Assembly: GCA_020137815.1 (NCBI GenBank)
Contig: CM035360.1
Location: 682,001 to 746,000 of the forward strand
DNA from: Hormiphora californensis
Taxonomy: Eukaryota > Animalia > Ctenophora
DNA: 64,000 nt
Direction of reading: 5' to 3'
Positions 45,357 through 58,821 of this stretch are shown one piece after another. The notes under the pieces were generated by a model. That model saw only the letters and a list, made by a program, of their open reading frames with translations, made no database searches and was not told the origin of the DNA. Positions within the stretch are counted from its first letter, which is position 1, and each line of letters starts with the position of its first letter. The translations under genes were made by a program, and so were the position numbers.

Positions 45357-48300
45357 GAGAGATAGATAGATAGAAATGTAAAGAGAGATCAAAACAACGA
45401 CACAAAGTTGTAACAATCCGCCATCCCTTACCCCCATCTCCCTCCCCCACCCCACTCAACCCCACCCCACTCTCTCCCCCAGTGATGAACGAGACGAACT
45501 GCCACATCCACCTCCCCCACCCCACTCAACCCCACCCTACTCTCTCCCCCAGTGATGAACGAGACAAACTGCCACATCCACTCTCACCTCCCCCACCCCC
45601 ACTCAACCCCACCCTACTCTCTCCCCCAGTGATGAACGAGACAAACTGCCACATCCACTCTCACCTCCCCCACCCCCACTCAACCCCACTCTACTCTCTC
45701 CCCCAGTGATGAACGAGACAAACTGCCACATCCACTTCCCGGATAGCAACAGAACAAGCAGTAAAGAGAAGAGTAACCAGGTATCTCTGAGTGGTACTGA
45801 ACAGGGGGTTGATGAGGCCAGGAAGAGGGTCAGGGTAAGTGCAGGACAATCTCATTATCTTCATCATCCATTCCTGCCTGGACTTGGAGGGACCCTCCGC
45901 TTGAAATTTCAGCCCCCATGATAAAATTTGTGTCAAAAAACTCGAATGTTATACTTTTCCACCCCCCCCCCTCAGTCTATGTTGCCCTGTACAATGATGG
46001 TAGAGGTGTTTCCTCCTCCCTCTACACATGTGGACCCACATCACCCTCGTGTGGTACAAGTGGCAGCAAAATACGGGGTCATGATATCCTTCAGAGAGGT
46101 AATATAAGTTGTGTTTGGTAGTTCAACATTGATAATGTTTTAGAGAGTTGTTAAATATATTTTCGTTGAAATAGCCTAATACGTGTAGTATGTAGTTAAC
46201 TAACATGATGTAGTGATATACCATGTTAACATGTTAGTGATATGTTAAAATTTGGTTAAATCCTGTAGCAACCATGTTATAACACTGCCCCCCCCCCCCC
46301 CCAATTTTTCAGCAACCAGGCATGGTATCCTTCCTGGTGGTAGTAAAGGGTTGTCCAAAGAGACCTCAACAAATAGCCAGCGCTCTACTCGAGATATCTG
46401 ACATGTTCTGTGACAATGTGGTGGTGAGTAAGGGGGTGGGTGGGGAAAGTGGGGTGGGGTGGGGGTGGAGGGGTCGTGAGTAAGGTGCCTGGTTATTATC
46501 ATAGTTTGCCTAGCTAGACTGTGTTTCGATCAGCACCCCGCCCCTGAAACACTTAACAAATGTAAAGAGAGGGTTAGAACATAACAAATCATAGTATGAT
46601 TAGACCCGACCATCATTAGACGGCAACACTGTGAATAACTGTCATTAATTCATAAATTTTGACTGCATTCTTGATTCAGCCGTGGGATAAAAATTTCGTT
46701 ACAATTCAGCCTCATTAAATGACGTTTCATTACATTTCAGCCTCGTTAAATGACGTTTCATTACATTTCAGCCGAGGTTAGAGTACACTGCCCAGTTGGA
46801 TATCTCGCCCCAACATCACATGTTTGTGCTAGGGAAGAACCGATGTAATCTTCAGGAAATAACCGGCAAAACTGGCACCCTGTAAGTGTGGGTATTTATT
46901 GGATCCTTGTTTCTCTTTTCTTTCTCCTCATCTGAGTACTGCAGCTGTATATTGGGTACAGTGTCCCCTCTCTTCTTGGGACCCGAATTAAAGGTAGCGC
47001 GCGAGACAACATGAGAGAGAGACAGCGCAGGACGATAGAAGAAAGAGGGGATATCATACCCAAAGCTGTATAATAGTCCTGATTTATCGGGGCTTGTCGG
47101 TATATTGTGCCACGCAACTATGATATATCCCCACCATCTTTTTAACATAGTCACATGAGTTAGTAGTTGAGGAATATTCTAGAGGGAATTAATGATGCAT
47201 GATAAAGCGATGGAGTGATTGGTCGGATATGTTGAACTTTTAAAAACATTCCTCAATAGATACTTAGTACTTTTTCTCGAGATGTTTTATAAACTGCAAA
47301 TCGGCCGCCCCTGATCTCTCTGTAACGTGGTTCTATAATCGGCCGCCCCTGATCTCTCTATAACGTGGTTCTATAATCGGCCGCCCCTGATCTCTCTCTA
47401 TAACGTGGTTCTATAATCGGCCGCCCCTGATCTCTCTATAACGTGGTTCTATAATTGGCCGCCCCTGATCTCTCTATAACGTGGTTCTATAATCGGCCGC
47501 CCCTGATCTCTCTGTAACGTGGTTCTATAATCGGCCGCCCCTGATCTCTCTATAACGTGGTTCTATAATCGGCCGCCCCTGATCTCTCTATAACGTGGTT
47601 CTATAATCGGCCGCCCCTGATCTCTCTATAACGTGGTTCTATAATCGGCCGCCCCTGATCTCTCTATAACGTGGTTCTATAATCGGCCGCCCCTGATCTC
47701 TCTCTATAACGTGGTTCTATAATCGGCCGCCCCTGATCTCTCTATAACGTGGTTCTATAATCGGCCGCCCCTGATCTCTCTATAACGTGGTTCTATAATC
47801 GGCCGCCCCTGATCTCTCTATAACGTGGTTCTATAATCGGCCGCCCCTGATCTCTCTATAACGTGGTTCTATAATCGGCCGCCCCTGATCTCTGATCTAT
47901 AACGTGGTTCTATAATCGGCCGCCCCTGATCTCTCTATAACGTGGTTCTATAACCGGCCGCCCCTGATCTCTCTTTAACGTGGTTCTATAATCGGCCGCC
48001 CCTGATCTCTCTATAACGTGGTTCTATAATCGGCCGCCCCTGATCTCTCTATAACGTGGTTCTATAATCGACCGCCCCTGATCTCTCTCTATAACGTGGT
48101 TCTATAATTGCCAGTGGGAAATATAGAGAAAGTGAGTCTCGCTATTACCAAGTTCTTATGTGAGGCTCTCGTGAGCCGAGTTCCCCTGATCAGGGTAACC
48201 AAGATTCATTCCAGAATTTATCCCTCCCTCCCTTACTTACTCCCAGCTCATTTCCAGTATCCATCCTATCCTTTACCATCCAGTTCCCCTCTCTCTAACA

Positions 48301-50721
48301 CCCACCTCATTTTCAGGATCCAGTTCCCTGATGTCACCCAAACTACGGGTGTTAGGCGGAGTGCAGTTATGTTATCAGGGGCATTCTACTCCGTTATAGA
48401 GGCCAAAAGACTCCTGATGGAACAACTACCAATCTTTCTGATGTTCGATGTGAAACAAGACACCTCCTTTGTTAATGATACAAGTATGTAAGGGGGCTCC
48501 TATTATATAGCTGTCCCCGACAATATTTTCCTGATTTTTTTTTTTTGAGAAAAAAAAATCCCTAATCTTGTATTTACCACTCTCTCCCTCCCTCTATCTC
48601 TTCCTGTCTCCCCTATAAACCTCCCTCTCTGCCAGGATTCCTGACCCACATTATGGAGAAACACGGTGTGTACGTGTCAATTAAACCCAAACCAAAGCAA
48701 TGTTGTTGGACGGTGGTGTTGAAAACCCGAGAGTGCAATACCCCTAATCTGTACTCTGCAAGGACGGATCTGATTGCTGAGATGGAGTTGGCCAGCCCTA
48801 ATAATCTGTCACCCTGGCAGTCACTCAGCTCCTCAAGGGTAACTACTAGTTACTAGTTACTAGTTACTAGTTACTAGTTACTAACTAACTAAGTTACTAG
48901 TTACTAACTAACTAAGTTACTACTAGGGTGTGACGGTGGGTAAGAAGGGGTTGTTCAAACCGTCAGGGGAGAGAAAGTTGGGCAAAGCAAAGGGTGTAAT
49001 GAGAATGGATACTGGGGTGGGTGATATAAAGGGTGGGTGAAAGGGATGCGGGTTATTAGGTAGAGATATTGGGTTGTTGTTTGATTTAACCGAGTGTTCC
49101 CCCTTTTTAGAATTCTCCTACATCACCCCAAGGAGATACTGACGAACTGACCAAATCTCTCGCTCAACTGTAAGTGAACTAGCTTGTTGTTGATAGTCGT
49201 CCGATAATCAGAAAGTGAAATGTTAAACTCAAACGATGGTTGAAATTCAGATTTTCCTCGAACGGTAACTTTTTAGAGCTAATTACAAAACCGTCCTCTT
49301 TCTGCAGGCTGTCTCCATTGAGTTCCAAGCAGCGACCTCTCATTATGGTAAGATTTATAGTTTTTACTTTTCACAATCACTGATTCGGAGTGAATAATTC
49401 CTCGTAGCTGAATTCTGACTAGGCGCGCATAGTTGTAAGGCGCGGGGTGAGAGAGTTGGAGTGCTCCGCGCGCTCATGTGTCGCTAAGAGATTGTCACGT
49501 GACTTTGTCAAAGTGTACAATCATACATTGTGTACTTAGTGTACAATACAATCACAGGAATCTGTAATAACTTTCTGTTTTGTTTCAGGAGAACGATTAC
49601 AAGGAGAAACAGCTGCTAGCTTTTAACGGTTAGTTCAACATCCCTCTATGCTCTGTCTGGCGCCGCGACCCATCTGAGAGCACTGAGAATCAAATGGGGT
49701 ATGGCGCCGCCATACAGTCTATCCTCGGTCTATCCTCGGTTATCGCTACCCCAATTAAACCCCATACATTAAATCATCGACTGTTCTCTTTCAGCTCTGG
49801 CCTCTGTTTTCTGCTATTTTACTACCCCTTTCTATTGACTTTTCGCCTTTCAGCCCTAATTGAGCCAGATTTCTCTATTTCTCGGAACCCAACTGACGTC
49901 TGGTCAGGGTTTGGGTTCTCTCGATCCATGCCCGCCAATATGTGGAGTCTGGAGGAGAGAGAGCAGCTGCACCGAGCAGGCCAACAGGACCAAACCAATA
50001 ACTTGGAGTTACTGAGTGATTCGCCTTCCACTGATTTACCAACTCTGCTTAGCAAACATGGGTAGGTTTTAGGAGCTCTCTATTTTTATTTAATTAGTTG
50101 TAGATAAACCGAACCGATAAGAAAGGATTAGACTTCTAACAAGGAGACCTATAAAGTATTTAGTAAGCTGAAGGCTTATTATATTCTACACTGAGGTCAA
50201 TTCTTGACAACACCAGTAAATTGAAGCATCCCTTTACCAGTATCCCAATTGTTTCTATGACAACCATGTCCCTCCCCAGGCTATCCCAGTACCTAGGGTT
50301 GTTCCAAGCCCATGAAGTGGATTTCCAGACCTTCCTGACTCTAAATGATGATGACCTGAGGGAACTGGGGATCTCATCATTTGGAGCAAAGAAGAAACTT
50401 GTCGCTGCAATACAAGGTGACTATATTCCAGGAACCGACCGAAACAAGTAAACAACCAATCAGAACTCGTTATTTACGTCACGTGACTGGTTATCAGCCA
50501 ATCAGGGACCGGTATTTCCTGATTCGGTCTGTTCCTGCTATATTCAATGTTTCAGGGAGCTCAACATAACAGCTTCCATTACTACATTGTTTCGATTTTA
50601 TCTTAGTCATTCAGTTGCAGTAGTATTTGTAGGCTATCGGTCCTAACCCATTTACATTCTTTCAGAGGAAGCAAGACTGCACGACCAGCAGAATATCTTT
50701 AACGCTAGTAACCGCTGGTAA
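43820..50721 (+). CDS. BICC1: Bicaudal-C homolog (KH/KH-like domains + SAM), multi-exon
   Basis: Exons 43820-43873, 44005-44089 (NRITLKMDISYTDHSFIIGRGG), 45707-45834 (CHIHFPDSNR..EKSNQVS), 45976-46098, 46313-46423, 46772-46881 (QLDISPQHH), 48317-48483, 48636-48838 (SIKPKPKQ), small exons at ~49.1-49.6 kb, ~49854-50061 (PTDVWSGFGFSRSMP), ~50280-50416 (SAM), 50666-50721 (ending NRW*). Confidence 0.92.
44148..45042. repeat. ~41-bp C-rich minisatellite in a BicC intron
   Basis: Unit CACCCGGCCCCGCCTGCCCTGCCCATCTCACTCCCACCCCG, about 22 copies. Confidence 0.95.
45445..45735. repeat. 70-77-bp repeat (4 units) containing the BicC acceptor and exon start
   Basis: CTCTCTCCCCCAG|TGATGAACGAGAC(A/G)AACTGCCACATCCAC with the AG ending at 45482, 45552, 45629, 45706. 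Confidence 0.93.
47299..48108. repeat. 38-bp minisatellite (~21 units) in a BicC intron
   Basis: Unit AATCGGCCGCCCCTGATCTCTCTATAACGTGGTTCTAT, no spacers. Confidence 0.95.
50429..50537. mobile_element. 109-bp hAT-type MITE
   Basis: TIR CAGGAACCGAC/GTCTGTTCCTG with an exact 8-bp TSD CTATATTC (50421-50428 and 50538-50545). Resembles an abundant Pleurobrachia repeat from recall. Confidence 0.88.
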
Positions 50722-52477
50722 CCATTGTAACCATGACAACAGCAGTGTGACCATAGCAACCCGGATATCACCACCAGACGTAATATGAGAGAGAGAAATG
50801 GACTCTGAAGTTTAGATGTGACAAAAGTGTTAATTTGAGTATAATAATAGTGTTAATGTTAAGTTGTGTTATTTATAATGTTAAATACAGACGCTGAGCA
50901 TGTGTTAATGGTACTACTTGCAGTAGTAGTATGTATTATTGGCGACCTACAACTCTGGCTCATACAACTCTGATAGATTCAATGAGCCATAGTTGTAGGT
51001 AATCTGCGTTATTTAGGTCTCGTTGGTTTAAGTGTGTTGGCCCTATTATGGTTTATTGCTGTTGAGTACCCCTTATTACTCAACAAGTTTACTGACAGTT
51101 AATATCTTGAACATTATATTAAAACTTGATAATTAGGGACATATACAACTTAATGACATAATATGAACTTTACCACAACCCTTCTAGGAGCACCCCATGA
51201 CATATAATATTATTCAACTAACTATTTTAATAGGGACCAAATAGACTCAAGACCATTTTGACTGACAGAAAGAAAGAGCACACGAGATATTATTGAAGCC
51301 AGTTCACTGGAAAGGTGGCCCGCCCTCTTTCCGATACGGTGTGCTATTACTTTTAGCTATATTTTTTGGCCTAAATGTAAATTATACAATATATCTGTAG
51401 TTGTTTTGTTTTACATTTCCATTTAGTTAACTATGAGAGCTGTTTCTCTTTTCACTCAACAGACACTGTTAGATTTCATGACAGTGATTTGTCTGCTTCT
51501 TGATGGTGATCACCGGTGATCTGTCTGGTGGCCCCGAACAGACAACAACAGTGATATGTCTGGTCGCCCCGATAGTGGGCTCAGGGTCGGCCCCGCTAGA
51601 TAAACGAACATTTAGACAGTGATCTGTTTTGATTCCCGATAGTGGGCTCAGATCTGTTAGAGCATTGGCTCAGATGGTGATCTGTCTGGTGCAGGCCCCG
51701 TTTTGGCTCAGGGTCGGCTCCACTAGATAGATGAACATCTGGATTTTGGGCACAGGAAAGTTTAAATTTGAAGTTCCCCGGCCCTGAGACCCAACCCACA
51801 CAAGATCCCGATCAATCGATATAATTTGTCATGGAAGATGGGATCTTTCATGACAAATGATAGTATCAGTATCTCTCTTTTGGTCATCCGGATGCATCCT
51901 TCATCCCCTTCTATAGTTTGTAGTCGATGATCTCTCTAGTTCCGTCAAAGTCAGTCTCCTACGATGAAAGTCTGATCCTTGAAGCCGCAGGACCGGGAAA
52001 TTTCCGACGAAGTTCTCCCTTCTTTTCTAACAACAATCGGTACTGACAAATGGCGTCAAATACCGGAGACAGAAAGAGAAAGAGAAAGAGAGAGGGAGGG
52101 AGAGAGAGTAGGAGAGAGAGAGGGAGGGAGAGAGAGAGAGCGGGAGAGAGAGAGAAAGAGACAGAAAGATAAAGACTAAGAGAGAGGGAGGGAGAGAGAG
52201 TGGGAGAGATCGTGAGAGAGAGAGAAAATGACAAATTTGGGGAGCGGTTTAACGTTTTATCCTCTTGAAAGCTGTTTGTTCTACTTCTCCCTCTCTCAAG
52301 TCCTCTATTCGGTAATGAATAACAATTCATTGATCATGATCCTCTCAAACATGATAGTATCAATGATACCCCTCCCTCGATTCAGTTGATCAATGATCTA
52401 CTGTGATCGGCCCCTGCGCTGCAATTCACACAGTAGAAGCAAGAGTTTCCTAGTTTACAAATACCAAAGCATCTCTT

Positions 52478-53588
52478 GTCTGGCGGCGCCAGACCCCGTT
52501 TAACCGTTTTGATCGTCAAAATTTAAATGCAGTGCGCTCAGATCGAGGGTCCCCTTCCGAGCACCCTCCGAAGGGGAGTGCGAACCGCGATCGGAACACA
52601 AAGGGGCGCGACGTGCGCAAGTCGACGCCAGACAGAGCATATTGCTACCTTGGTACCATTGCTACCTGTCTGCTTCACAGTGTGCGAGCTCAATCTCGCT
52701 CGCGCTAGATGTCAAATCTTTCAATGTCACCAAACTGGTTGCCACCTGCATTGCTACTAGCAGCAGTAATACAATGGCAACCTCATACGAGGCTTGGTGA
52801 CATTGACACCTAGTGCGTGCGAGATCGAGGTCGCGCAGCGACCGAGATCGAGCTCGCACATAGGTGTCCGCTCCGCCCCCTAAAAAAGGGTCGTGTCTTT
52901 CAAGCCAAATTGCACGTGATCCACTGGACCGATTTGCATCCGGTTTGTCGCAAAAGACTACAAATTGGTCTTAGTTTACTGGAAAATACCCGAGAAGTTT
53001 GTCTGTCAACAGGAAGGGTGTCAAAATTGACACTGAAGTCAAATCTATAATCTGGCTTCCGAGCCTTTTTGCACCACTCCCAGACGATGTAGAATGAATT
53101 TGAGGGTATCAGAAGATAGGTTGAACTCTTGTGAGTACTGGAAAATACCCGGCGTTAATAGCTGATGCTAATTGTATCAACATATCTCCCAATATCTTCT
53201 AAATCGCATGGGCGTAGTGCAGAAACTCTCGGAAGCCATAATATAGGTTTGACTTCAGTGTCAATTTTGACCCACTTCCTGTTGACAGACAAACTTCTCG
53301 GGTATTTTCCAGTATATTAGGATCATTTGTAGTCTTTTGCGACAAACCGGATGCAAATCGGTCCAGTGGATCGCGTGCAACATCCCTTGAAAGAAACGAC
53401 CCTTTTTGAGGCGGAGCAGACACCTGTGTGTGAGCTCAATCTTGGTCGCGCACGGTGTCTATGTCACCAAATACGAGGCCTGTCTGGCGGCACCGACTTG
53501 TTGAGAAAGGGGTTACTCAAGAAGCACCAAACCGATCCAAGGGCACTGTCAAATTCAAAACCGAATCGGTGTTTGGCGCCACCAGATA
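52478..53588. mobile_element. Foldback-like non-autonomous element with ~300-bp internal inverted arms
   Basis: Arms ~52790-53085 and ~53205-53472 are diverged reverse complements; outer ends TCTGGCGGCGCCA / TGGCGCCACCAGA; related small element at ~49651-49713. Confidence 0.7.
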
Positions 53589-53676
53589 GGATTAGCATTG
53601 GCCATATAAATTGCCCTAGTTTTTACTTTTTGTTTCACTGAATCTTCACTGAGAAGGTTTCAGAAAACAAGCTCTA

Positions 53677-54116
53677 TAGGGATCCCTAATAAAGTTGTGA
53701 CTTGTCACTGTAGTCTTGCGGAGGCGCGGTTGTGACTTGTCACCGCGTGTGCGCGTACCAAAACGCACGTGGTTCCCACTGCGCGTAGCTGCGGCGCGGT
53801 GTAAACCATGCGGTGACAAGTTACAATCGCGCATTTTGAAGCCGCGCCGCCACGGGAACCACATGTTTGGTGACAAGTCACAACTTTATTAGGGATCCCT
53901 AATAAAGTTGTGACTTGTCACTGTAGTCTTGCGGAGGCGCGGTTGTGACTTGTCACCGCGTGTGCGCGTACCAAAACGCACGTGGTTCCCACTGCGCGTA
54001 GCTGCGGCGCGGTGTAAACCATGCGGTGACAAGTTACAATCGCGCATTTTGAAAGCCGCGCCGCCACGGGAACCACTGTTTGGTGACAAGTCACAACTTT
54101 TATTAGGGGATCCCTA
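53677..54116. mobile_element. Tandem dimer of a ~213-bp MITE (TIR TAGGGATCCCTAATAAAGTTGTGACTTGTCAC)
   Basis: Two near-identical units sharing one TAGGGATCCCTA palindrome at 53890-53901. Confidence 0.85.
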
Positions 54117-54299
54117 TATATACGTGATGAAATCTCACAAGAGGGAGGTCACCATTGCGTCATTTTTCTTAAATTAGGTATGGGGAGGAATGATTGTAAT
54201 ATATAATAGGATCCCCTCCCTATGTATTTATCGGGGGGCGGTTACATCTAGTAGTTGGCTTAACGGAAAAAAATAAAAAACAACAGTTTTTTAACGCAC

Positions 54300-54504
<205 letters not shown>

Positions 54505-55432
54505 GATAAGTTGTTAGTAAAAACAGAGTTCTTTACAAATTATTAACTGCAGGTAGGTACTATAGGACCATTGAGAAGTGTCAATAATGTCAATATAGAT
54601 GTCGATATAAAACAAAACAGTAACATAGTAGTGGTCTCCAATGGAATAAGAATTAAAACATTGCAGTGTTATTCATAACAACCAACAACTAACCGCCCAT
54701 TGTAAGTGGTACTAAAACAGTAACACCAATCATTGGTACTGCCCACTAGTAGACCAATCATATCAATCAGATAAAACTAAAATTCAACCATTCAGGAATA
54801 GCTGGGACTATAAGACTAGTTAACAGGGGACCCTATAAGACTATAGTTAATGTTAATGTTATAAGGCTAGCTCTAGTTAATGAGTGTCCGATGATACCAA
54901 AGAGCACACGACCTAGTAGAATGAAACAGAACCCCCTCCCCCAGGGCACTATAAGACTATGATGGTAATGTTACCAAAGCAACACGGACCTAGTAGAATT
55001 GAAGCTGATCAGCAGCTCCGCGGCGGGGGAAGCTGCACTGGCGTGAGCTGTTTCCCCACGTGACATGTCACGTGACACAGAGCAGCAGAGTGCGCGTCAC
55101 ACAACACATATAGAGAGGGGTATAGTGCTCTCTGTCACGTGGTATTGTTAGAGAGAGTTCCCTTCTTAAATATATATTGGGGGACCATTAGGACTGGCAA
55201 GGGGGATCATTAGTCTGACTAACGTTGAACAGAGTTAGGGTTTCAATCAGTTAGATATAGTGCTAGTGACATGCCCCTTTAATGAAACCTAAGGGAGGGG
55301 GAATTGAGAACTATTATATGGTGTAACATCAACTAAAAGCCGTTAATTCAAAATGAGAAGGAGTACACCGCCAGTACAGGAACAGGTGAAAATGAGAAAA
55401 CGGGAAGATAGAGGGCGAGACAGAGAGAGGGA

Positions 55433-55484
<52 letters not shown>

Positions 55485-58344
55485 AGAATTTTGTAGAATT
55501 ATGTTTAGTACTGGGTTAGTAGTCGCACTATCGAGCTCTAGACTACTAATAGTCCAGATACAAGGTATAATTAACAATTTCGGGGCAAAAAACAGTCTAA
55601 CTTTCTTATCCTTCACCCCTTCCTGTCTCTCTTTCTCCCTATCTCTCTCTCTCTATCTATCTCTCTCTATCTCTCTCTCTCTTCATGTCTCTTTCGTCAA
55701 CCAGACGGCAAGAAAAGAAAACAGTTTTTTACGGAATTCAATAGGGCACTGAAGCGTGCGAAGTAGCCACATATTCAATAAATATCACCTGCACGGACCC
55801 CCCATGACATAATATGAGGAGGGGACGAGACCCCCGCCGTCCCTTGAAAAACTCGGGGAGATCATTAACGAGCATGTGTCTTACTAGGATGGCTGGTAAC
55901 AACACATCTCTTTCCCTCTCCAGTCTCCCTGTGCTGGCCACTTACGGACTGACAATGGGCGGGACTTCAGTACTTACTATACTATATAGTGTCCCCCTCC
56001 TGCTTATGAGTGTCACGGCTGATCAGCAAGCACAAGAAGAGGCTCCGAGGGGGGTACTCAGATTTTAAAAATGACGGAGGGAGGAGAGAGAGAGGGGGGG
56101 AGGAAAGAGAAGGGGGAGAGGAGAGAGAGAGAGAGGAAGGATAGGAGACAGTCTGTAAGGGGGACAGTCTATCCCACACGTGTTAGAATGAATTGGTGGG
56201 AACTATATAAGGTCTACTACACAGTAGTAAGAGAATATTAGGGCGGGGGCACTGAATAATATATTAGAAAATAGCATGAGGAACCTTCCAGCCCCTAACA
56301 CTGACCCTCCCCTAGTAAAGGTCACGCGGCCATTTCTGGTGAAAATGGGCCCATTCTCAACAATATGGGCCCATTTTCGATGGTATGGGCCCATAAAACG
56401 CCCATCCACACCCAAATGTAAAGGAGGGTTAGGACATATATAGCAACTGTAACTCCCATGGCCCTATACCTAGTCATGCTGCTTTGTACGTAACTCCAGG
56501 ATCCTGCTGGCCTGTAGCCTATTGCCACTTAATCACATGAGGGACACCTCTAAAGACACATAAGGGGGGGCACTATATAAAGAGTATTGTCAAACTCCAG
56601 GGGATGGGGTGCTGCAGTTGCAACAGTTATGGATCTTTATATTTTATACGCCACACAGGCGCATGGCTTCTTCACAGGACCTATAATAAGGAGTTGATTA
56701 ACCAGATCTAATTATATATAACCTAATAATTAAGGCGAATTATAATATATTGAGGAGATATTGAGGACTGTTTGCCTAGAACCCCCTCAATGTACCCTCC
56801 CTTGGAGCCCCTCAATTATAGGGCTCGATGAGGATCTTATAGTGACTGAAGACAAGACCCCCCACCAAATTGAGGTCCATCACTTTACAAGACTAATAAT
56901 TGTACTTCAAATTACTAATGATACTTTCTTTCAGGCAATATAGATTCGTGATATTAATGCGATTGTAAAATATAGATTCGTGATATTAATGCGATTGTAA
57001 AATATAATTTTTAGGCACTTAGAAGGTCCTAGAAGCGCACAAAGAAATCTACTGTCAGTGATTCTAGCAGAAGCACATGACACACTGAGATAGAAGGGCA
57101 ATATAAAGAGGAAGGGGAGGGTAAAAAGTGGCTGAGAGAAAACTGCTAAAAGAATTCTGAAATCGACAGAGAAATCGGCACAAAGAATCGAATCCTACTA
57201 CTTGCATGAGTTACCATACTGCCCCGTTACCAATATTCAATATACCGTAGATCTAACAGACCGTTATACTAATGACCACACTTCCGATCAGCTATCAAGC
57301 AGGCATTAATTGATCACTAATTGGGTCGCCATATGATCACATTTCAAAACAACTGATGTTTTGTGTTAGGGGTCTCACTGATTGGGTTGCGAGTGTTTTT
57401 CTAAAAACAATAGATCTCGCTCCATGTTAACAGCCCAATTAGAAGCTGTTTTTAATGATCAGTGTCCATTGTGTCGCTTGTTTGCTTGCTATCAATCCGC
57501 GGAAATTCAGCAGAGAGACGGAGAGATAGAGACGGGGAGGCCGGGGATAGAGAGATAGAGAGAGAGAGTGAGAGAGAAAGCGAGGGGTTGAGATCTCATC
57601 ATTTCTAGAATCTATTCCCCATTTTTCTCAACTTTAGAAAAAGAGGAAAATATTCTAGAAATTGATGAGTGGCTCCCTCCTCATACTCGAGACTCTGCAG
57701 CAGGATACATATAGCAGAAGAGTGCTAAAATAAAACAAAGACTTGAAACACCTACTACATAAGGGTCACCTCTCTCAAGTCTCAACCTCTCTCTCAACCT
57801 CACACTCTGTCATCTCACTGCAAATAAAACTAAGAGGAATGGTGGGGGACCTAGTGACTGACTTATATTTGTACCCCCCCCCCCCCCCCCTGGGGATGGG
57901 GAAGGAGCATGACATGTTGTTATTGCAATCATTCCCAAAACCATCCCCGTGCTCCTCCACATGATGCCCCCTCCTTGTTAATTACTCTCCGACGCGTGCC
58001 CGTGTTTATACGTTAAAAAGGAGTTCCCCGCACCAATCCTATTGTTAGAGGGGTCATTCCCTCTCTTTCTCCCCCCCCCCCTCTCTTTCTCTATCTCTCT
58101 CTCTCCCCTCTTTCGTGCTCTCAGCCTCATTCAGTCCTTCCAATAGCTTTCCTGCCAAAAAAGGAGAGAGGGAGAGAGAGATAGGAAGGTGGGTTTCATA
58201 TCCGGTGATGAGCATTCCTTGTTGGATGAAGATCATCGTCCCCCCCCCCCTCCCGAAGGTCATCACCGAGTTTGGAGAGGGAACACAGCAGGTAGGAGAA
58301 GACAACAAAACACCGCGGGTACCATGGGTGAGATCGAGCTGAGA

Positions 58345-58612
58345 GGGTTAGAAGAAAGAGAGAGATAGAAGGAGAGAGAATGAGAGATAGAAGGAGAGAG
58401 AAGGAGAGAGATGAGAGAGATAGAAGGAGAGAGAAGGAGAGAGAGAGATAGAAGGAGAGAGAATGAGAGATAGAAGGAGAGAGAAGGAGAGAGAGAGAGA
58501 GATAGAAGGAGAGAGAAGGAGAGAGAGAGAGAGAAGGAGAGAGATGAGAGAGAGAAGGAGAGAGATGAGAGAGAGAAGGAGAGAGCAAAAGGGAGAGCGA
58601 AAGGGAGAGATG
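58345..58612. repeat. Degenerate GA-rich ~10-bp repeat (GAAGGAGAGA)
   Basis: Direct inspection. Confidence 0.85.
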
Positions 58613-58728
58613 AGAGAGCGGAATCTTCAATTTGTCACACACCAATTCACTATAACCCCCAGAATAGAAGGAATTGATGGGGTTCAAAGCGGGGACTACT
58701 TTCCTTTTAGTTTCAGAAAGACACCAAA

Positions 58729-58821
<93 letters not shown>

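Noticed and set aside
47299-48108. CRISPR-like 38-bp periodicity
   Set aside because: Units are contiguous with no unique spacers, there are no cas genes, and it lies in a eukaryotic intron.
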